In this document: in pieces, positions 57,651-64,000 of the stretch
Position numbering within the stretch: position 1 is the stretch's first letter
How the letters are laid out: every line of letters begins with the position of its first letter
Origin: a bacterium
Lineage (GTDB): Bacteria > Zhuqueibacterota > Zhuqueibacteria > Oleimicrobiales > Geothermoviventaceae
Direction: 5' to 3'
NCBI GenBank assembly: GCA_028275345.1
Contig: JAPWUV010000008.1
Coordinates: 140,872-204,871 of the forward strand
DNA length: 64,000 nucleotides
Position numbers and translations under genes: made by a program
Notes under the pieces: model-generated
What the model was told of the DNA's origin: nothing
Database searches by the model: none
Seen by the model: the letters and a program-made list of their open reading frames with translations, nothing else

Positions 57651-57757
57651 GTCCGGCAACCCGGCCTCGGGGAGCAGCGTTTCGTCGCCGGACAAGGGGT
57701 GGGGCAGGGCTCATTGCGGTGCGGGGAAACTTTTTTTTGAGAAGCGCAAGAATTTCC

Positions 57758-57786
57758 TTGACAGGATGGACACGATATTGTAGCTT
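57758..57786 (+). promoter_or_regulatory. Promoter candidate with UP-like element (TTGACA-17 nt-TAGCTT)
   Basis: A T8 / A+T-rich stretch at 57731-57757, perfect -35 TTGACA at 57758-57763, 17-nt spacer, -10 TAGCTT at 57781-57786. Confidence 0.4.
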
Positions 57787-57911
57787 TGCCGCGTACCGAT
57801 AGGCGAGACCCCTACGACCCTGTGCGAGGAGACAGACGTGTCGCAAAGGACGCGACAGGGAAGGGCTCAGACGGGCATCATCGCCACACAAATCACGCAA
57901 CCGCGTTTGCG

Positions 57912-57951
57912 AAGGGCGGACTCCCAGAACGGGAATCCGCCCTTTCTTTTT
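57912..57951 (+). terminator. Rho-independent terminator/attenuator in the leader of the TonB-dependent receptor gene
   Basis: AAGGGCGGA-ctcccagaacgggaa-TCCGCCCTT followed by TCTTTTT. It lies about 130 nt after the candidate promoter and about 100 nt before the receptor start. Confidence 0.65.
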
Positions 57952-58054
57952 GAGAGAGGGACGGTGAGCCAACCACGTTGAAGGAGGTGATGCCAAAGAG
58001 TTTCGGCCATATGGTTAGGAGGAACGGCATTGACCTGATAAGAGGAGGGTGAAG

Positions 58055-61000
58055 ATGCGAACGAGCGTGGGTCGCAAGTGCTGGGTAGCGGCGGTGGTGA
58101 CGTTGCTGGGCCTGGCCCTGTTGGCCGGCGGAGCCCTTGCCCAGACGCGCGGCAAGATCGCCGGGACCGTGAAAGATGCCAGGACCGGCGAGCCGCTCCC
58201 CGGGGTGAACATCGTCCTCGTCGGGACAATGATGGGGGCCAGCACCGACGAGAATGGGCGGTACTTCGTCATCAACGTCCCGCCCGGTACCTATTCGCTG
58301 CAAGCCTCATTCATCGGGTACAGGGCGGTCACCAAGACGGACGTTCGCGTGCAGGTGGATTTCACCACCGAGGTGAACTTCCTCCTCGAGCCCACCGTGA
58401 TCGAAGGAGAGGCGGTGACGGTGGTGGCCGAGCGTCCCTTGGTGGAAAAGACGCTCACCCACAGCAAGACCACCATCGGGGTGGAGGAACTGAACAATAC
58501 GCTGCCCCTGGCGAGCGTCGTGGACATCATGGAGTCTTCGCCGAGCACGTTCCGCGGCTACGTTCGTGGCGGCCAGAAATACGAGACGAAGTACGTCATT
58601 GACGGCGTCGACATGACGGACACGTACTTCTCGGCGGGCGTGGGTCAATTCGGAGGAGAGGTCGGGCACGCGTACACGGGATATCGCGAATCGGAAGCGC
58701 GGGACATCGGCGCCGTCCAGGTGGCCCAGAGCCAGGTGGAAGAGCTGTCCGTCTATGCGGGCGTGTTTACGGCCGAGTACCCCAGCGCGACGGCCGGCGT
58801 GGTGAATATGGTGACCAAGGAAGGCGGACAGGCATACCACGGGAAGATCTTCGCCCGCGGACTTGCGTTGAACGGCATCAAGAACCACGGCAGCAACATC
58901 TACTGGGACTACAAGTTCCCGGGTGAGACGAGCACCTTCTTCGGCTATGACACAGAGCGCCAGAGGGCCAAGCAGGCTGCGGACGCCGGGGATGCTGCAG
59001 CCCTCAGAAAATACAGGCTGATGACCTGGCAGCCTCAGGTGGCGAAGGATAAGTACTTCTACGATCCAGAGGATTCCACAGGTATTGGCAGACCCTTCGA
59101 CATGGAGGCCAACCTGAGCGGGCCGCTGCCTTTCACGAACAAGGGCGGCTTCTTCCTGACGGCAGCTTTCAACCGGCAGATGACTGGACTCCCATTCGAT
59201 CGGGAAGACCACATCACCCTGAGTGGAAAGGTCCACTACAACTTCACACCCAGCCAGAAGCTGACTGCTTTCCTGCAGGTGACGGATGGCGGGAAGCTAT
59301 TCAAGTTTGTCAATTGGAAGTACAATCCGAAGTGGAAATACTACATGGAAGGGGCTCCGAGGTACAAGGACCTCGGTCTGGTGGGCTACCTGAAGTGGAC
59401 GCACACCCTGTCACCCAAGACCTTCTACGAGATCAACCTCAGCCAGACCAACAAGGAGACCTGGGTCGGATACCCGGATGACGACGGCGATGGGATGTGT
59501 GAGCTGGACGAGAAGGGCGACTTCATCACCTTCGCGACGTTGAACGACTTCCTGAAGTACGTCGGTGGTAAGATCGACACCATTTTCAACACCGACGGGA
59601 GCATCAAGAAGGTATACAACACGATCAAGCGCGGCACCGCCAATGGGTACGTCTACGGCCATTTCGGGGACCCGGCGTACCGGGTCTTCTTCTACGATCA
59701 GACGGACCCGGAATCGGGCATTAACGACGCCAAGCTGTTCTTTGTCGGCCAATCCGGCTGGTACCGTTCCGCCTACCCTACGCCGCTCTACTCCTACACG
59801 AAGCGGTATGCTACCACCCTCAAGGCGGACATCACCAGTCAGGTCACCTACAATCATCAACTGAAGGCGGGAGCGCAGTTCCGGTATCACACCGTGAGCC
59901 GCCGCCACATTGAGTCTCCCCTGGGCGGGAATGGCGTGACGTACCCCTATTCCCGCTTCTGGGTGGATTACCATGATTTCAACCCCATGGAACTGGCTTT
60001 CTACATCCAGGACCGGATCGAGTACTCCGGCTTGATCTTGAACCTGGGTGTTCGCGTGGACGGGTACTACACAGACACTTACAAGTACAAGAACGACTTC
60101 CACCCGTTCGATTACGTGAAGGACGAGCTGGGCAACTTGGTCGAATTGCGGCCAGTCTGGGGAGAGAAGGTGCCGTGGAAGTTCTATGTGAGCCCGAGGA
60201 TCGGTGTGTCCCACCCGGTCTCGGACCGCATGGCGATGCACTACAGCTTCGGCCAGCTGTTCCAGTATCCGAACTTCGCCAGCTTGTACAAGGATATCAA
60301 CTTCGGCAAGTACTCTTCCTCGCCGAACATCGAGACCACCTGGCCGGAACAGGAGCCGGTGAAGGCGACGGCCTACGAGATGGGTCTCCAGTACGCGGTC
60401 AGCAACCTCTTCTCGGTGGACGTCACCGGGTACTACCGCGACGTGGAGAACTACCGCTACCTCTACTTCGTCCTTACGCCCTACACTGGTCCGGGAATGC
60501 AGTACATCCACAACTGGGGATACGCCGACTCGCGCGGCATCGAAGTGACGTTGATCAAGCGGCCGGGGAAGTGGTTCAGCGCGCGCTTGAGCTACGCCTA
60601 TTCCTACATCAAGGAACCCGTGGCCGTCCCTACGGGGAGCGTGGTTCGGACGTCGTACAGCGCCAACGTCGATAGCGCTGCCCTGGGTAAGCTCCCGTGG
60701 AAGCTGATTAGCCAGTACAACTTCTACGAGCGGAATGTGCTGGAGCGATCCGGTGCGGGCAACGTGGTCAGCGGAGGCTACGACCGCCCGCATCGCTTCT
60801 ACGGCACGGTAATGGCCTTCCTGCCCTACGGGGTTAACGCCACTGTGGTGGGAGAGGCGGCAAGCGGCTTCTACTACCAGCTCACCGAGAACGTGGAGAA
60901 CGATCCCTACTTCACCATCAGCCGCAAGCTGGGGCAGGGTCCATGGACCTGGCAGTTGAATCTGCGCCTGTCGAAGGAATTCCGGCTGATGGGCGACATG

Positions 61001-61243
61001 CGGATCAATCTCTTCGGCGAGGTGAGGAACATCCTGGACCGCAAGAACATCCTCGGCTACGCGAACAACCCGTTCCAGGAAGCCAAGGACCAGAAGATCT
61101 GGGAATTGGGACGCGACCTCAAGCCGAAGACCGGGGACGAGCACGATCCTGAGGGCGTGTATCGTCAGCCGACGGACACCTACGGCCGCTTGCTGTATGG
61201 CGAACCGCGGACGATCTGGGCAGGCTTGGAATTCTCGTTCTGA
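58055..61243 (+). CDS. TonB-dependent outer-membrane receptor with N-terminal carboxypeptidase-regulatory-like domain (Oar/SusC-like, about 1060 aa)
   Basis: Signal peptide. CarboxypepD_reg fold (GKIAGTVKDARTGEPLPGVNIVL...ENGRYFVINVPPGTYSLQASFIGY). Plug region (VRGGQKYETKYVIDGVDMTD). Beta-barrel ending in the aromatic terminal LEFSF. ATG at 58055 after AGAGGAGGG (GTG at 58049 also in frame). Confidence 0.88.
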   Translation: MRTSVGRKCWVAAVVTLLGLALLAGGALAQTRGKIAGTVKDARTGEPLPGVNIVLVGTMMGASTDENGRYFVINVPPGTYSLQASFIGYRAVTKTDVRVQVDFTTEVNFLLEPTVIEGEAVTVVAERPLVEKTLTHSKTTIGVEELNNTLPLASVVDIMESSPSTFRGYVRGGQKYETKYVIDGVDMTDTYFSAGVGQFGGEVGHAYTGYRESEARDIGAVQVAQSQVEELSVYAGVFTAEYPSATAGVVNMVTKEGGQAYHGKIFARGLALNGIKNHGSNIYWDYKFPGETSTFFGYDTERQRAKQAADAGDAAALRKYRLMTWQPQVAKDKYFYDPEDSTGIGRPFDMEANLSGPLPFTNKGGFFLTAAFNRQMTGLPFDREDHITLSGKVHYNFTPSQKLTAFLQVTDGGKLFKFVNWKYNPKWKYYMEGAPRYKDLGLVGYLKWTHTLSPKTFYEINLSQTNKETWVGYPDDDGDGMCELDEKGDFITFATLNDFLKYVGGKIDTIFNTDGSIKKVYNTIKRGTANGYVYGHFGDPAYRVFFYDQTDPESGINDAKLFFVGQSGWYRSAYPTPLYSYTKRYATTLKADITSQVTYNHQLKAGAQFRYHTVSRRHIESPLGGNGVTYPYSRFWVDYHDFNPMELAFYIQDRIEYSGLILNLGVRVDGYYTDTYKYKNDFHPFDYVKDELGNLVELRPVWGEKVPWKFYVSPRIGVSHPVSDRMAMHYSFGQLFQYPNFASLYKDINFGKYSSSPNIETTWPEQEPVKATAYEMGLQYAVSNLFSVDVTGYYRDVENYRYLYFVLTPYTGPGMQYIHNWGYADSRGIEVTLIKRPGKWFSARLSYAYSYIKEPVAVPTGSVVRTSYSANVDSAALGKLPWKLISQYNFYERNVLERSGAGNVVSGGYDRPHRFYGTVMAFLPYGVNATVVGEAASGFYYQLTENVENDPYFTISRKLGQGPWTWQLNLRLSKEFRLMGDMRINLFGEVRNILDRKNILGYANNPFQEAKDQKIWELGRDLKPKTGDEHDPEGVYRQPTDTYGRLLYGEPRTIWAGLEFSF

Positions 61244-61253
61244 GAATGCGGTC

Positions 61254-61286
61254 GGGCGAGGGGCGTGAGTCCCCTCGCCCTCCTTT
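61254..61286 (+). terminator. Strong intercistronic hairpin (possible terminator/processing site)
   Basis: GGGCGAGGGG-cgtgagt-CCCCTCGCCC, a perfect 10-bp stem, followed by TCCTTTC. Confidence 0.4.
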
Positions 61287-61345
61287 CAAGCCAGTTCGAC
61301 GTGGTCGAGGAGTACAGAGCATCCAACGACGAGGGAGATGCGAAC

Positions 61346-63910
61346 ATGAGAAGGAAGATAGGAATCCTGCTGATGGCACTGGGATGGTTGGCATGGCTCG
61401 GGACTGGTGTTCCCACGGCCGTCGCCGAGGATGCCAATGGGAACTGCGTGATCGTGGCAGGGGACCATTGGGATCTGTACGTCCCGCCGAACTACATCAA
61501 GTACGGTTCATGGCCACGGCTTACGTTCCGCGAGAACCTGTCCGCCCGGGGTAATGCCGGAGCCCCTGGCGCTTGGCTTTTCCGGATGACGCGACTGGTG
61601 ACGAGCGGCTATTTCGGGAACGCGCCTTGGAGCTGGCCCTTTGGCGAACACACGTTCGACTTCGATGATTTCATGGTGGCCGTCGAATACAATCCGAACG
61701 AGAATTTCGCGGCCCTCAACCAGGCCGTGCACGGACAGGACAATCGGAACTACGCTTTCCTTCACTACAACTCCACGATCCCCGGCGCCAACGATCCGAA
61801 CCGAAACTATGTGATTACGCTGAAGGGGTCTGTGCTGAAAGACGGTCGGAATCTGGCTTACTACGAGGCCGGTTGGCCCACTCAGCTGGGCGTGGACGTG
61901 AAGATGCGCGTGTACAGCTGGACCTTCCCCTACGGTTCATTGGACAACTTTGACATCGTAGAGTACGAGTTCTACAACACGGGCGAGCAGGACATCAACG
62001 GGGACGGCGTGGTGGATCTTCACGGCCAGCGGATCAACGCGCTGGTGCTCGCCTACGACCCCACGGTATTCAGCTTCCGGATTCTGCGCGACGGTGGCCG
62101 GACCTACACCTACCCCAACAGCCGCTACATTGGTTGGGCGTACGACGCGAGCCCAGACGAAAACGGATACCCTTGGGACATCACCGTCCAGGGTCGTGGT
62201 TCGGATCCCGGCCGAGAGGACATGCCTGGGATCGGCAATGATGGCTGGTACGCCGATGTCTATTGCGCTTATACCTTCTTGGGCGCCAAGAAGGTTGATG
62301 AGAACGGCAACATCCTCGGGAACAAGAATCTCTGCTTCAAGAATGCGCTTGGCGAGGAAGTGATCCCAGCCATCGGCGAAGGAGCACAGCGCGGCTGGTT
62401 CCACACGGTGCAAAGCGGCCGCAACAACGTGAATGACTACACACCGAAAGGCGTACACATCTGCGCCACGGGGACCTTCTACGTGGATGGCGGCAAGGGC
62501 CGCGACAGGTCGAAATTCGACCTGGCACCGAATCCAAGGCTATTCAGCGCTGGCACGCCGGGCGACATCACGACATTTGTCCCCAAGGATCCGGGCCAGT
62601 GGCAGCAACCGTCGGATGAAAGCCACGAGTATGGCGCCTACATGTTCGCCACCCCGCGTCAGATCACGGTGGACGGGGTAAATCGAGGCCTCTGCCCGCT
62701 CGACCCGGAGAACGGGCGGCCGTTGGAGCCGGGCGTTTTGGTCCGAGGTGTGACGGGAGAATACCAGTTCAACGGCAATGAGCCCTGGACGAACGTTGGC
62801 CCCTTTGCCCTGGAAGTGGGCGAGCGCATTCGGGTCTACTGGGTGCGGGGCGCCGGGTTCCGGCTGCAGGGAGCGCGCAGGGCGATCAAGGCGGCTCGCG
62901 CTGTCTACAACACAATGGATGCGAAGGGCAACTACCATGTGCCTCGGCCGCCGGATGTGCCGGACATCAACGTGGATGTTTCCCCGGCGGTGCGCCCGTG
63001 GATCAAGTGGCAGGAAGTGGCAGGGGCTGACGGCTACAAGATCTACAAGTGCCGTGCGTGGCCTCGGTACAATCCTGTACAGCAGGGCATCCCAACCGCA
63101 GACACGTACTGGACGGTGAACCCGGAAACCTTCGACAACAACGGAAACATCGAGGCGCAGCAGGCGCAGCCGGAACCCTACAACCCGCTGCTCTCGGAGA
63201 AGGCCATCAGCGAGTTCGTGAAGCAGCAGCAAGGCGAACACTGGGGACCCTACTATCTCGTGCACGTGGTGAAGAAAGAGAACCTGGCCAACTATCTCAA
63301 TACCGACACGGATAAAGGCACCTACAAGTACGCCTGGGAAGATAACACGCCCGGTACCTTGCTCGGATTCACCTTCTACTACTACGTGGCTGCGTACAAG
63401 AAGGAGACCGGCTCGATCCCCGGACTTGAGCAGTACACGTGGTTGGAGACGGGAAAGGTGAACGTGAATGGCCGGACGGGCCTGTGGGAAGGGACTTGGC
63501 CGTGGACGGACATGCACGCCTACTATCCGGCGAAGAGCGATGCGGCCAAGCGGAAGGCTGTGGGCGTGGATTTCGTGCTCGCGTCGCGGCCGTTGTCGAC
63601 CTCCTTGTTGGCGACCGGGCAGCGCCAGATCCAGGTGCGGCCAAATCCGTACAAGCGGGCGGCTTTCCACGATGCGGCCATCCACGGGGTATTCTTCTTC
63701 AACTTGCCGTCCGAGTGCACGATTTGGATCTTCGACGTGTCGGGACAGGTGGTGGATAAGATCGACTTCCGCGCCGAAGATCCCAACAACGGCACGTACT
63801 TCTGGGACTTGCATTCCAAGGACGGTGCGGAGGTTGCCAGCGGCATCTACATCTGGGTGGCGGAATTCAAGGGTGGAAAGCAGCACGGCGTTTTCTCGAT
63901 CCTGCGGTAG
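61346..63910 (+). CDS. Large secreted protein of unknown function with T9SS-type (FlgD-Ig/Por-like) C-terminal sorting domain
   Basis: Signal peptide (ILLMALGWLAWLGTGVPTAVA). No catalytic motif recognised. A FN3-like segment (PWIKWQEVAGADGYKIYK). The last about 80 aa (VRPNPYK...FFFNLPSECTIWIFDVSGQVV...FWDLHSKDGAEVASGIYIWVAEF) match the T9SS/FlgD-like C-terminal domain pattern. Confidence 0.8.
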   Translation: MRRKIGILLMALGWLAWLGTGVPTAVAEDANGNCVIVAGDHWDLYVPPNYIKYGSWPRLTFRENLSARGNAGAPGAWLFRMTRLVTSGYFGNAPWSWPFGEHTFDFDDFMVAVEYNPNENFAALNQAVHGQDNRNYAFLHYNSTIPGANDPNRNYVITLKGSVLKDGRNLAYYEAGWPTQLGVDVKMRVYSWTFPYGSLDNFDIVEYEFYNTGEQDINGDGVVDLHGQRINALVLAYDPTVFSFRILRDGGRTYTYPNSRYIGWAYDASPDENGYPWDITVQGRGSDPGREDMPGIGNDGWYADVYCAYTFLGAKKVDENGNILGNKNLCFKNALGEEVIPAIGEGAQRGWFHTVQSGRNNVNDYTPKGVHICATGTFYVDGGKGRDRSKFDLAPNPRLFSAGTPGDITTFVPKDPGQWQQPSDESHEYGAYMFATPRQITVDGVNRGLCPLDPENGRPLEPGVLVRGVTGEYQFNGNEPWTNVGPFALEVGERIRVYWVRGAGFRLQGARRAIKAARAVYNTMDAKGNYHVPRPPDVPDINVDVSPAVRPWIKWQEVAGADGYKIYKCRAWPRYNPVQQGIPTADTYWTVNPETFDNNGNIEAQQAQPEPYNPLLSEKAISEFVKQQQGEHWGPYYLVHVVKKENLANYLNTDTDKGTYKYAWEDNTPGTLLGFTFYYYVAAYKKETGSIPGLEQYTWLETGKVNVNGRTGLWEGTWPWTDMHAYYPAKSDAAKRKAVGVDFVLASRPLSTSLLATGQRQIQVRPNPYKRAAFHDAAIHGVFFFNLPSECTIWIFDVSGQVVDKIDFRAEDPNNGTYFWDLHSKDGAEVASGIYIWVAEFKGGKQHGVFSILR

Positions 63911-63980
63911 CCGGTGCGGAAGCCGCAGCGTTTGTCTCGGTTGAGGAGTCCGCACAGACCATAGCCAAGGAGATGATAGA

Positions 63981-64000
63981 ATGAAGAGGACACTGAGCGT
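63981..64000 (+). CDS. Possible start of a further gene (MKRTLS..., truncated by window end)
   Basis: ATG at 63981 preceded by AAGGAG. Only 6 codons are visible. Confidence 0.25.

Noticed and set aside
57855-57890. Cobalamin riboswitch in the leader next to the corrinoid protein gene
   Set aside because: Only GGGAA and GCCAC fragments resemble the consensus. The GGTG..AATCC core and the B12 box (AGCC.GGAGACCTGCC-like) are absent. It is left as an unclassified leader pending a covariance-model scan.
59411-63955. 577-aa and 471-aa minus-strand ORFs (59411-61144, 62540-63955)
   Set aside because: They are antisense to the TonB-dependent receptor and the T9SS-sorted protein, both of which have signal peptides and domain signatures. 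The antisense translations have no recognisable features.
1-64000. CRISPR arrays, IS elements, transposases, prophage, toxin-antitoxin or known defence systems
   Set aside because: Reading through the intergenic regions and ORF translations, I found no regularly spaced direct repeats, no transposase, phage integrase or reverse-transcriptase motifs, and no recognisable defence gene signatures. This is a manual inspection only, so short or degenerate elements could have been missed.

Overview
GC-rich (about 60% by eye, not computed) bacterial chromosomal segment. It is almost entirely housekeeping and about 50 of about 52 genes are on the + strand. Gene order: lpdA (3' fragment)-lipB; an 820-bp ORF-free structured gap; a complex I block nuoA-B-C-(75-aa coiled-coil ORF)-D-E-F-G-H-I that stops at nuoI; thyX; lipA; hotdog thioesterase; PurM/HypE-like protein; GAF-PP2C phosphatase; def; ferritin-like protein; a two-gene split MetE; feoAB; PolX; membrane protein; ggt; CPBP protease; Nudix; mltG; uvrD/pcrA; a 1253-aa TPR protein; a DUF164-type zinc-ribbon protein; RNase P RNA (rnpB); recJ; nusB; secA; smg; topA; a Xer recombinase; hpf; hprK. 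Two minus-strand genes follow (hypothetical, aminotransferase). Then come a GT2 glycosyltransferase, a small membrane protein, tRNA-Pro(CGG), leuS, a sugar-isomerase/Gfo-Idh-MocA pair, a GWxTD protein, an orphan corrinoid (B12-binding) protein, a 1064-aa Oar/SusC-like TonB-dependent receptor, and an 881-aa secreted protein with a T9SS-type C-terminal sorting domain. The T9SS-type tail, the GWxTD protein and the CarboxypepD_reg-TBDT suggest an FCB-superphylum-like lineage, but the promoters I can see are sigma70-like (TTGnnn-N16-18-TATATT). I found no CRISPR array, IS element, prophage or recognisable defence system. The most interesting unexplained signals are non-coding. (i) The 820-bp structured gap upstream of nuoA has its own near-consensus promoter. 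(ii) Two promoter / about 150 nt / intrinsic-terminator units lie upstream of the zinc-ribbon/rnpB/recJ block and upstream of the TonB-dependent receptor; each could be an sRNA or an unclassified riboswitch-like leader. (iii) The receptor plus T9SS-cargo gene pair has no recognisable catalytic domain. All functional calls come from motif recognition in the supplied translations. No database search was run.
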